Both the position numbers and the translations under genes were made by a program. Under the pieces are notes generated by a model, which saw only the letters and a program-made list of their open reading frames with translations, searched no databases and was not told where the DNA came from. A stretch of DNA of 64,000 nt from a virus. The stretch covers positions 26,883-90,882 of the IMG/VR virus record IMGVR_UViG_3300005253_000031, one strand, 5' to 3'. Positions 26,411 through 35,648 of this stretch are shown piece by piece; positions within the stretch are counted from its first letter, which is position 1; every line of letters begins with the position of its first letter.

Positions 26411-28994
26411 CAAATCCACCTTCCCCAAAATACTGACGCTGAAGTGTGCTAGTTTCCGGCTCCAAGACTTCAATGTTTTTAAGCCTAAATCCATGCTTCT
26501 CTCCATTCACCATCACCTCTACAAATAGTCCGTCCCGCTTGAAGGTTTTTAGATTTATGACTTTACCCACCAAGCCCCGTATCTTTATGTTACGGGCTTT
26601 ATCCGAGATGCGTACGGTTTTCCACAGGATGCTTTCAGAAGCTTTTACCCATACATCCCTAACCACCTCAAGGCCCATAATCTCTACATTGGTTTCGTCG
26701 AGATCTTCACACAGTGAAAACATGTCCGCCACATTCTTAGAAGAATGCTTCAACAGGGAACCAAACTTTCCGTGTAGCTTCCAGTCCAGTATGAGGTCCA
26801 ACTTCGTCAGATTCCATCCGTAGTGGATACCTCCGTGATACTGAATCTTGTTAAACATGCAGCCAGAATTGTGCTGGAGGTCAAACGCAAGGTCAACGAA
26901 TGTAACTGCATTGATTTCCCCCACTAGGAAATGATGAAGCAACTCCGCCCCATTGGCCCACTTCTCGCCCCCAAAGGAGCCTGTAAACTGGTCGGGATCA
27001 TTAAAGGCATCCCGTAAGTCTAACAGCAATCCTACTCCTAGGGTTTGTCTAAGGATTCTCCACTCCTTGCGGGCTAGATTACGGCTACCCCTTAGGAGCC
27101 CCCTGTAACCCGTTCTACTATGTCGGGCTTCTCCCCCGCAGGCAGCATCTAAATAGATAGCCAGGTCCTTGGCGACCACCTCGGCGAACTGTTCTAACAC
27201 GGGTTTAAGTTCAGGATTTATCCTAGCAGATTCAGACAGCAGGTAGAAATCTGCGGCAATCTTGGTGGTATCCAGGTTTATCTCTAACTCGGGCCACCAG
27301 TATTTGGTTTCGGACTGTGGCACGGGCTTTGTAGTCTCCTGGATGTTGGAGCGTAAACTGAGCCCAATGTTAAACTTGATATTCAGCTTTATCCCGCTAA
27401 GACCCAACTCCTCATGCCATTCCTTGATGGTAGCAGTGAAGAAGTTATCGCCGGCTGGCTCTACCTCCAACTCTCCGCTATAGACGAGCCCAGCATCTCC
27501 ATCTACAGTGACTAACGTACCATCCTGTAGTGTCTGCCCCGACTGCGTTCGGATAATCTTTTTACCGGGCTCAAATTCTTCAAAAATCCATTCAGAGATA
27601 CCAACCACACAAGGCTTGTTTTCTCCCCTTGCAACCACCGCTGCGTGACAAGTAGTTCCACCGGTTCCCGTAGCAAACCCTTCAGCCCCCAACATGTAGC
27701 GAACATCATTGGGTGTGGTCATCTCACGGGCTAATATGTAAGGTTTACTCGCTGCTATACACTCCTCTATATACCAATTTGCTATTGCCAAAACTCCTGA
27801 AACCACTCCCGTCGACGCGGCTAGTCCAGTCCCAGCGATCTTCTCGTTCCCAGTTATCTTAACAGTGGGAACATCAACTTTCCTGAGATCTAAACGAGTT
27901 ACTCGACTAGCTGCGACTTCCTTGGTTATGAGGCCCTCGGAGTGCATTTCAACAGCCATACGAATTGCAGCCTTGGAAGTACGCTTCGCCGAACGGTGTT
28001 GCAACAACCAAAGCGTTCCGCTGTCTACCGTGTACTCAATATCCTGTGCATCTCCTTGGTCCGTTTCTAGTGTTTTGGTTAGGATCATCAACTGGTCGTA
28101 TACGGGAGTGTTCCACTCTCTCAGGAAGTCCAGCGTCTTCGGTGTAGTGGTTCCCCCAACAATAGCCTCACCTTGAGCTTGCACATCAAATTCTCCGTAG
28201 GGCTTGTTTTCTCCTGTAGACGGGTCACGAGAGAACAACACACCGGAGCCGCTTTGTTCATCTCTGTTACCAAACACCATGGCCACTACAATTACCGCTG
28301 TTCCCATTTGATCATTAATTGTATTATGCGTCCGGTACTCCATCGCGTTGGGGCCCATCCAGCTATCTATAACAGTGCGAATAGCTTTGTTGAGCTGAAT
28401 GTACGGATTGTCTATTACATCCAGAGACTGCCCCCCACGTACAACTCGGTCCCGTGTCACCACCAGCAGTTCCCGCAGTTGCTCATCTGTCAACTTAGCA
28501 GCGGGCTCCAACTGTTTCTTGGCTTTGTAAAACGCCACCGGAGACTTCAACCTCTGGGAGGTCTGTCCCAAAACGGTGTTTCCGTAACGACCCAGGAACT
28601 CCACATATGTAGGAATGGAGAAACGGGGATTGCCCATACGCTTTAGGTTGCTGGGAGTGATGCCTACGTTAAGAATAGTTTCCATCATGCCGGGCATGGA
28701 AACAGGGGCCCCGCTCCGAACAGAGACCAGCAAGGGAAAACCCTCGTCCTTGCCCCCGAACGTCTGTCCTGTCTGCTTTTCCAGAGCTAGCATGGCCTCG
28801 AACAACTGCTCGTTGAAGTCCTCTATGTTTAGATCCCCCGCCATTACTACTTTGCACACGTCGGTGGTTATGATGAACCCCGGAGGTACCGGATAGCCCT
28901 TCTGCGTCATCCTAGCCAGCCCCGCACCCTTTCCACCAAGCAGCTCCACATCATCGGGGTTCGCTTCTGCAAATGTGTAGATGTATTTCGTCAT
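26397..28994 (-). CDS. PPDK-like dikinase: ATP-grasp and phospho-His swivel domain with an unrecognised C-terminal domain
   Basis: LLGGKGAGLARM, PVPPGFIITT, LLVSVRSGAPVSMPGMMETILNVG, MVFGN, AQGE, QDIEYT, GGTTCHAAVVARG; no PEP/pyruvate TIM-barrel motifs after about aa 510. Confidence 0.85.
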   Translation of the reverse strand: MTKYIYTFAEANPDDVELLGGKGAGLARMTQKGYPVPPGFIITTDVCKVVMAGDLNIEDFNEQLFEAMLALEKQTGQTFGGKDEGFPLLVSVRSGAPVSMPGMMETILNVGITPSNLKRMGNPRFSIPTYVEFLGRYGNTVLGQTSQRLKSPVAFYKAKKQLEPAAKLTDEQLRELLVVTRDRVVRGGQSLDVIDNPYIQLNKAIRTVIDSWMGPNAMEYRTHNTINDQMGTAVIVVAMVFGNRDEQSGSGVLFSRDPSTGENKPYGEFDVQAQGEAIVGGTTTPKTLDFLREWNTPVYDQLMILTKTLETDQGDAQDIEYTVDSGTLWLLQHRSAKRTSKAAIRMAVEMHSEGLITKEVAASRVTRLDLRKVDVPTVKITGNEKIAGTGLAASTGVVSGVLAIANWYIEECIAASKPYILAREMTTPNDVRYMLGAEGFATGTGGTTCHAAVVARGENKPCVVGISEWIFEEFEPGKKIIRTQSGQTLQDGTLVTVDGDAGLVYSGELEVEPAGDNFFTATIKEWHEELGLSGIKLNIKFNIGLSLRSNIQETTKPVPQSETKYWWPELEINLDTTKIAADFYLLSESARINPELKPVLEQFAEVVAKDLAIYLDAACGGEARHSRTGYRGLLRGSRNLARKEWRILRQTLGVGLLLDLRDAFNDPDQFTGSFGGEKWANGAELLHHFLVGEINAVTFVDLAFDLQHNSGCMFNKIQYHGGIHYGWNLTKLDLILDWKLHGKFGSLLKHSSKNVADMFSLCEDLDETNVEIMGLEVVRDVWVKASESILWKTVRISDKARNIKIRGLVGKVINLKTFKRDGLFVEVMVNGEKHGFRLKNIEVLEPETSTLQRQYFGEGGFDEQS

Positions 28995-29027
28995 CTCAAC
29001 TCCGTTGTTATTTGTTTCCCTATACTG

Positions 29028-29055
29028 ATCTTAACACACAATCGGACTTTGTAAA
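29028..29055 (-). promoter_or_regulatory. Sigma70-like promoter upstream of the dikinase gene
   Basis: Minus strand TTTACA-16 nt-TAAGAT with TG extension, in an intergenic gap. Confidence 0.5.
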
Positions 29056-29077
29056 CCCAGTAATCGTTAACTAAAAG

Positions 29078-29356
29078 TTATCGGCTATGTAAGTTGGGGG
29101 CTATGTTTTCCGTCCAGTATTTAACTGCCGCCACCTGTATTTTAGGTGGAAACTTAGTTAATGGGAAGATGGTAACGTTACGCGGGTCCTTACCCGACGA
29201 GGCTATTACGTGTACAGCCTCCTTGAGCTGAACCCTGAACATAGCATCTGAATGTCGGTTTCGCTCATGCATGGCCACGACTGCCTCAGCGGAATTGGTA
29301 AACTGAATTCCCTTTGAACAAAACACACAGCCGTAAACGGTAATCTTTTCCGGCAT
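29078..29356 (-). CDS. Hypothetical protein with C2H2-like motif
   Basis: CVFC...HERNRH. Confidence 0.5.
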   Translation of the reverse strand: MPEKITVYGCVFCSKGIQFTNSAEAVVAMHERNRHSDAMFRVQLKEAVHVIASSGKDPRNVTIFPLTKFPPKIQVAAVKYWTENIAPNLHSR

Positions 29357-29784
29357 TACTTTCGCCCCCGCCTTCGCTTTGGGTTTGCTGCTCTCTCACT
29401 GTTCCTCATCCGAGACTCTAGAGAACGTCGAGTACTACGTCGAGATAAATTCTCTTGTTCTGCCACAGCTTGGGTATTGCCTCTAATGCAAGTGTAACAA
29501 GGAGAGCCCTTCTCAACAACTACCACCCGTTGTGTAATCTCACGGGTAGTTACCTCTCGCTCGATTAACTTTTTCCGTTCGGACATCGACACACTTGCTG
29601 GCCACTTAAAGTCATCTGTCACCTTGGGGAACTTGCCATCATTGCTGATCTCCATATTTAATCCAAAGAACGACAACACATCTGGGCAGTCGTCGTCGAA
29701 CTTCACCAGAATGAGGTCTCCCTCGTTTGTAACCCTGGATTTTATAGGGCAACGCTCCCAGGTATCCGTTGGCATGTAGTCCAT
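29356..29784 (-). CDS. Hypothetical protein
   Basis: SD GAGGTG; tiles with neighbours. Confidence 0.5.
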   Translation of the reverse strand: MDYMPTDTWERCPIKSRVTNEGDLILVKFDDDCPDVLSFFGLNMEISNDGKFPKVTDDFKWPASVSMSERKKLIEREVTTREITQRVVVVEKGSPCYTCIRGNTQAVAEQENLSRRSTRRSLESRMRNSERAANPKRRRGRK

Positions 29785-29793
29785 TTATCACCT

Positions 29794-29991
29794 CTAATGC
29801 GGGAAACGTTTCCCCAAAATTTTTGTCAAAACAGTCATCACCAAGGTTAACGCGAGGATTGCAAAAACGCTACCCTGTAGGTTCCAATCAGTAAATCTAC
29901 CAATAAACAACCAAATGGCGTCGTGAGTAGCATGCAACACGAACCAAACGGCGAATACAGCTACATGCCATATGAGGCTCTTAGATAACAT
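29794..29991 (-). CDS. Small membrane protein
   Basis: Two hydrophobic segments. Confidence 0.5.
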   Translation of the reverse strand: MLSKSLIWHVAVFAVWFVLHATHDAIWLFIGRFTDWNLQGSVFAILALTLVMTVLTKILGKRFPH

Positions 29992-30176
29992 TATACCACC
30001 ACTCGCTTACTCACCATAGTGTCTCTTTCCCCCTGCGTCAGATACCAAACGGTACGTTCGTTGGCATAAACGCCGTTCGCGAACACGTCGCCACAGTGAA
30101 CGCACTTCTTGACGTTCTCCCCTTCAATAGAGGATACTATGTGATTCTGGATACTGTGGCCGCATTGCTTACTCAT
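29991..30176 (-). CDS. Small Cys/His protein
   Basis: MSKQCGH...CVHCG; SD AAGGA. Confidence 0.45.
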   Translation of the reverse strand: MSKQCGHSIQNHIVSSIEGENVKKCVHCGDVFANGVYANERTVWYLTQGERDTMVSKRVVV

Positions 30177-30323
30177 GTTGTTTCCTTTCCGTGTCGTAGC
30201 ACTGCTAAGGGTGAGATTCCGCTGCATGACCCCCACAGGCCATACGGTACCTATGTCCGCCTGTCCTTCCACACTTGGAACATACACGGGGCTGTACTTT
30301 GCGGGTCTCACAATTGGGGGAGG

Positions 30324-31141
30324 TCACGATGTCCCTGCTGTCAACGGGGCCTTGGTAATTTCCCACACGCCAGCGCCCAGGTTCTTGGCGACTAGCTGGC
30401 GTTGACGCCCTTCGACTGTAATGCGGTCGCGTTCGTAGAGTAGGATGTATGACCACACCTTACGTTCGCACCGTTGCCTGTAGTCTTCGCGGTAGTAGTG
30501 GCCTGGTTGCACTAGACCTTCTCGTGCCTTGACGCTTAGTGCCTTCATGGTTTTCCCTCCCCCCAGGGTAGCTGGTCAAAATACTTGAGTGCGGCGTCGC
30601 GTTGTTTTACGCCGTTGCAGATGTAGCAGTCGGTCCTACCCATTGGGCAGATGTAGTCGTTGTCCTCACAGCTAGAACTTTTCAAGGCCGTGCGTATGAC
30701 GTCCACGTCTGCTGGTGTAAGCAGTAAATACTTCATGATGTTCTCGCTTTCAGTCCCGTGTAAACGGACTAATTACTGTTGACCCACGGAACGACAGTTC
30801 GTTGTAGCTGGCCTGCACGCGGCGGTTATAATCCTGTTTGCCTCGTATGCAGGGAAGACATACACGTACAGAGTTGTTCGAATCATGCCTGTCCAAGGTT
30901 AACCCACAGTGGGCATAGACCTGGACATTACTAAGTGTTGCGCGTATTAAGTGCTTCATCTACTTACAATCTCCCCCATCTCATTTACCCCGTAGTCTGA
31001 AAGCTCTTGGATATACTCAACGGTGGTCTCCAGCGCCTCGGCGACCTCGTTTGCAGTCCGGGAAACGTTAAAGCCCGACTCATCGTTATATACTTCGGGC
31101 TTCTCGCCCACTAGCTTAACCATGAAAACTTTTACTTGCAT
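30324..31141 (-). CDS. Run of four small early-type genes (30324-30548, 30545-30736, 30750-30959, 30956-31141)
   Basis: 60-75 aa ORFs, mostly joined by 4-nt ATGA overlaps, downstream of a promoter-like AT-rich gap. Confidence 0.5.
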
Positions 31142-31177
31142 CTGCTGTGTACCTTTCTCTTTTGCTTACTGTACACT

Positions 31178-31208
31178 TACCTTATCACATGTAATCCTTA
31201 GTGTATAC
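31178..31208 (-). promoter_or_regulatory. Putative promoter for the small-gene/early operon
   Basis: Minus strand TATACA-17 nt-TAAGGT with TG extension, in AT-rich intergenic DNA. Confidence 0.35.
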
Positions 31209-31603
31209 ATGTAGCTAGATTATATAGATGTTAAGTTTAGGTTATATTTAGCATAGACGTTCCCTGCGGGCGCTTTACAACGTCCGAATACAAACATCTT
31301 GTTCCCCAACTTTCCCGATAATCTAGACGACCTTTCGGCCCGTCCTACCACGTTCATTAGCACTCTTCTAAATAGGAGTTACTTACCTGCCCAGGTATCT
31401 CTTTACCAGGTGCCCGCTCATAACGGATCTTCATCCCGACGTCCATTGGTTGATCACGGTCGTTCGCTTCACGCTTTTTTGCGTTCCCCCTTCCCAAAGA
31501 GCATGGGCGGGGTACCTCATCGGAGAAATCAATCTCCCCTACTTATTTTCTTCTGGGACCAATTACCGGATTAATAGGGTGCTTGTAACACAACTCCTTT
31601 CAA

Positions 31604-31644
31604 TACAAAAATGGCCTCACGTCCCGACGAGACGTAAAGCCATT
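31604..31644 (-). terminator. Intrinsic terminator
   Basis: AATGGCTTTACGTCTC-GTC-GGGACGTGAGGCCATT followed by a T-run; G-U pairs favour the minus strand; lies just after the 31650 stop. Confidence 0.7.
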
Positions 31645-31649
31645 AGGCA

Positions 31650-31907
31650 TTATCCAAGTGTTAGTTGATAGTTACCTGTGCTTGTTGCCTTGCAGTCTGT
31701 GAAGAGGTGGGAAACATAGTTTTCTAATTCGAAAAATCCAGACGTGCCTTTTTGAAGCGCATCCTTCATCCAACCGCACTGAAAACATTGTAAGTACCAT
31801 CCATAGGTATCATTTTCCCTATAGACGTCACCCTTGCAACGGCGACAGGCTTTCAACCATAAATTGACTGTATTCTGTTTTGCTGTTCGCGTAATCTCTC
31901 TAACCAT
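31650..31907 (-). CDS. Zn-ribbon protein
   Basis: CRRCKGDVYRENDTYGWYLQCFQCGW; SD AAGGAG. Confidence 0.7.
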   Translation of the reverse strand: MVREITRTAKQNTVNLWLKACRRCKGDVYRENDTYGWYLQCFQCGWMKDALQKGTSGFFELENYVSHLFTDCKATSTGNYQLTLG

Positions 31908-32084
31908 TCCACTCCTTAGTTACATTATACCTATGAAGTGCAAGTTCAAGAGAGTGTTATGGACTACGTGTCACCAACATGGCAACCTCTTTTCGAGGAC
32001 CGTAATTAAACCGCATAGCCTTCCCCTTTCCTTTGCTGCTCAGGTCGATCAGATTCGACAGAGAGCAATGTTTTAGTTGTTCCG

Positions 32085-35000
32085 CTAGTATCCACCGCGT
32101 TGTACTCCTCTACGTGCATCATCTTGCACTTTTTGAAATATTTCTTCTCCAGTGGTAAAGTCCCCAATAGCTGAGGACGTGAAGTTCTTGGTAACTCTTA
32201 GCGTACACGAAAACGACGGTTCTCGATAGTCTATCCCAGTTATCAGATATATGTCATCAATGTGGTTGGGTTCATCCACCTGTACTCTTATCAAATCCCC
32301 AACTCGAACATAACTGCGTTTCTCAATTCGATATTCGTCAGCATTATCCCATTGCGTATCCGTGCCGCCGGCTAATGCAGCAACTCCAATTACAGTGTCT
32401 CCCTCATTAGTAGTAGTTGTTATGCTACTAACTACCTGTGTTCCGTTACCGGCCGTAACGTTAGTCACCAAATCTCCCGGCTCTACATCCCACTTTTTGA
32501 AGTTTACATCGATATCTATTAAATTAGCTAAGTCGTTGCCTCCATTGTGCTCGTATATACCTGAGGGTTCAATCGAGCCATCCAGCAAATGTCCAACATC
32601 TACACCGAGGATTGCCCACCCCTTCCGCTCTGTAAGACGAGTATAAAACGGCAATCTAAACGTTTGAAGCATTCCGCGTTGAGACTGATTACTGAGACGG
32701 GCCAACTCCGTATCCGCCCTAACACCGGCCTCACCAGTTGAACGTATGCTGTAGTCTACTATGGTGGTCATGTTGGTTCTACTCTGGGTTCGTTGTGCCC
32801 TAGTGTTGTCAGCCACCACGTCAATTACGATCCCCCCCGATGTTCTTCCTATTACGCGAACCCGATTAACTGAAGATCTTGTGGATTTGGAGAACTCCCC
32901 GGATTTCACAGGCCATATCTGTTTGGCGCTGTCACCTTTCTGTCGTATGGTTTGACCAAACTCCTGAGGTCCTCTCCACGGCTTAGATCCCATTCTAAAG
33001 TAACAGGTCTTAAAACGTGTTCTTCGAATTCTGATTAAATCCCCAATATCGAAATCGTTGTCTGATCCACCCGACAAGCCGTCCGCAACTAACAACTTGT
33101 CGTACAGGTTGGTATCAGTGTCTATGCCGGTAACTATGCCGGTAGAACCATCGGTACGGTTATCAATTATGTCCCCCACCAGCACACCGTGAGTACCGAT
33201 AAAATCTTCGCTGTTGTCTATAAAATTCGCGTTGTTCGTGGTTCCGTCATGTGTTAGACTTTCGACTATAACGTCATCGTGAGTCTCGTCTAAGCCACAC
33301 AGCAGATACCCGCTTCCCGGTCCGGGCGTTACTAAATCTATCTCGGCCTTAGTTGCGGGGGAGACACTGCTCTGAATAGACAGCCAATATCCCCGCATAT
33401 CTCCGACGTCTGCAAAGCCCGGGGCACTGGCTTCTGGATTGCCTGCTACTAATACCGACGGCACCCAGTCGTTGGGTATCTCCCACTCCAGTGTTACAGT
33501 GTTAAACTCTGTGAACGCAACGTTGGTCTCTTTCAGAATCACTGTGCGCCACCGACTGAGAACCTGATAAGACTCTGCCGAAGCGCTCCAGCTCATACCC
33601 CCAGAAACAGCCGTGATGGTTGTGTCAGTATAGGCCGTAATCACTCCCACTGCTCCGTCTGTAACGTTTACGATTAAATCGCCTTCCCGTATCCCAGAGT
33701 CATCAAAGTTAGCTCCCGCGTCCGTCAATACTGTAGCGCTTGTGCCTCCGCTATGTGTTCCAGATGCTCTAAGCTCTAGATTTAGAACGGAATAGTTGTC
33801 TCCTTTGTCGTAATCCGTATCCGTTCCACCCTGAAGTGTACCCACTAGCGTGGTTTCCGTAATAGCGGTTATAATGGCGTATGAGTCGTCTCGTTTGTTA
33901 TGTATGATGTCGCCTACGGCCACACCGCTCAATCGAAATTCCTTGTCTGTATCCGTTAACGTTGAGGCTCCATCAGCTCCGTCATGCAAGCCTACTATTT
34001 TAGCTCGATCTGTTCCCAAATATCTCACAGTGATAGTCCCGTACTCAGCGCTTGCTGCCGTATTTTCTACTAGAAATCTTAATTGCTGTAGCGGCGCTCC
34101 GGTTCGTATATATGCTCGATCTTCTGTTGCCCCCACGCCTGCAATGGTGGCTAGAAACCTTGCTCTACTTACGTCCTCCGTGGCGACTTCCGTAGTTTGA
34201 TCTTCCCAAGCATCTCCGGATACGTTGTAAAAATACACAGCGTCGGCGTGTTCAAATACCTGGAAGCGGAAATCCTTGGCGCTGTTATTGGACCACGCGT
34301 TGGTCGAATACTGTGCCATTTCCCCGTCTGCGTATCCCGCCGCCCCGTCATCAAACCACTTGACGAAGTCTACTGTAGCGGTATATCCCGAGACGTTTTC
34401 CTCCTGATACGATAGTACGGCCCAATAGGTTTTCCCGCCCCGTAGCGCCACGGGCTCCGGAAACGGGAACTGAAGGATGGCCCCGCCCGCCGTAACGTCT
34501 GAGATATTTACCAGTACCGACTCTGACCACGACGTAACTAACTCCCCGCTCGGGATGTCTCCGCCCAGTGCGCCCGATGGGTCATTGGCCTCCAGTCTTA
34601 CGTATATGTTGCCTGTCGGGGCTGTTCCAGTTGTGCCCAGGTATAGCCCCACCTTAGACACCCTCGTAATGCCGGTTCCCGCTGTTTTGAAGCCCTGGGC
34701 CAAGTTGCCCTGTGCGCTCGGAAAAACCAGTTCTTGAACCTCGCTGCTGGTTGTAAAGTCAATGACCGGATTCGCGGGCTCGCTTATCCCGACGGGGGCC
34801 CAATACTCGGTCTTTGAATAGTCTAAAAATGAAGCTAACGCGCTGCGCGTAGTTCGGGAGAAGTCGGGGTCGGCAAGCTTATCGCTTTGCGAATGTTCTA
34901 TTCCCTCACTTCCATCGAAATTCGAGTTAAAAGGAAACAGCATAGGTCCCGCTTCGGATCCGCCTACTGTGGGGGTCTGCCTCTGATTTAAGGCATCCTG

Positions 35001-35603
35001 TATAATGGCGGAGCGAGGCAATGAGCCTGGATCTGTCTGGGGTGAGCTATCTCTAAGTTCTGCCTCATGGCTGATTACCACCACTTTGACTAGCCGCCCT
35101 TGTCCTCCTATCGGTAAAGTTTCTTGAACGATCCCGTCCAGCAAAACCTTGTTTATATCTCGCCCAGTTATACGTACCCGCGTAACAAAGGGTATGTAAA
35201 TGTCTTCTATATTTCGACGTTGAATTACGTAGGCGTCATCCAAGTCAAAATCGTCATCTCCACCTCCACTCGTTATCAACTGTACAGATACCTCAGTAGA
35301 ACTAGTTCGAGCCACAACCTCATGTAGTGCATTGCCATCTGTGGTATTAGTCACTAGGTCTCCAGGTTGTACCAACGACGAAATAAAATTGGCTTGACTA
35401 TCTATAAGTGACGCGCTATTGTTCGCTCCCGTATGAGTGCCCGACACTAACGTTGGCAGTCTCTGACTTGGGTTTGCTAAAGTCAACGTTACCGTTCTAA
35501 TGAAGCCGACTAAAGAAGCGTCGTATTGTAATTCGACAATCGACTGTTCCTCGAGAAATCCTCGAGCCTCGTTGTTAAATTCGATTTTAGAAAATTGACT
35601 CAT
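32085..35603 (-). CDS. Large tail tip/hub protein with five copies of a roughly 75-aa repeat module
   Basis: Hub-like VNRVRVIGR...A..ELARLS...RVGDLIRV...YLITGIDY; repeats GTHxG..LxD...F...GV..GD...NxTDG; last gene of the tail module. Confidence 0.7.
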   Translation of the reverse strand: MSQFSKIEFNNEARGFLEEQSIVELQYDASLVGFIRTVTLTLANPSQRLPTLVSGTHTGANNSASLIDSQANFISSLVQPGDLVTNTTDGNALHEVVARTSSTEVSVQLITSGGGDDDFDLDDAYVIQRRNIEDIYIPFVTRVRITGRDINKVLLDGIVQETLPIGGQGRLVKVVVISHEAELRDSSPQTDPGSLPRSAIIQDALNQRQTPTVGGSEAGPMLFPFNSNFDGSEGIEHSQSDKLADPDFSRTTRSALASFLDYSKTEYWAPVGISEPANPVIDFTTSSEVQELVFPSAQGNLAQGFKTAGTGITRVSKVGLYLGTTGTAPTGNIYVRLEANDPSGALGGDIPSGELVTSWSESVLVNISDVTAGGAILQFPFPEPVALRGGKTYWAVLSYQEENVSGYTATVDFVKWFDDGAAGYADGEMAQYSTNAWSNNSAKDFRFQVFEHADAVYFYNVSGDAWEDQTTEVATEDVSRARFLATIAGVGATEDRAYIRTGAPLQQLRFLVENTAASAEYGTITVRYLGTDRAKIVGLHDGADGASTLTDTDKEFRLSGVAVGDIIHNKRDDSYAIITAITETTLVGTLQGGTDTDYDKGDNYSVLNLELRASGTHSGGTSATVLTDAGANFDDSGIREGDLIVNVTDGAVGVITAYTDTTITAVSGGMSWSASAESYQVLSRWRTVILKETNVAFTEFNTVTLEWEIPNDWVPSVLVAGNPEASAPGFADVGDMRGYWLSIQSSVSPATKAEIDLVTPGPGSGYLLCGLDETHDDVIVESLTHDGTTNNANFIDNSEDFIGTHGVLVGDIIDNRTDGSTGIVTGIDTDTNLYDKLLVADGLSGGSDNDFDIGDLIRIRRTRFKTCYFRMGSKPWRGPQEFGQTIRQKGDSAKQIWPVKSGEFSKSTRSSVNRVRVIGRTSGGIVIDVVADNTRAQRTQSRTNMTTIVDYSIRSTGEAGVRADTELARLSNQSQRGMLQTFRLPFYTRLTERKGWAILGVDVGHLLDGSIEPSGIYEHNGGNDLANLIDIDVNFKKWDVEPGDLVTNVTAGNGTQVVSSITTTTNEGDTVIGVAALAGGTDTQWDNADEYRIEKRSYVRVGDLIRVQVDEPNHIDDIYLITGIDYREPSFSCTLRVTKNFTSSAIGDFTTGEEIFQKVQDDARRGVQRGGY

Positions 35604-35648
35604 TTGCAGTTCCTTATACTATTCACGATAATAGCAACTGGGGCGACA

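Noticed and set aside
26397-28994. Calling this a bona fide ppdK auxiliary metabolic gene
   Set aside because: No C-terminal PEP/pyruvate-binding barrel motifs; only the first two domains match
29987-29997. Additional GGTATAATGT promoter motif
   Set aside because: Coincides with a TAATG stop/start overlap of two genes, so coding constraints explain it
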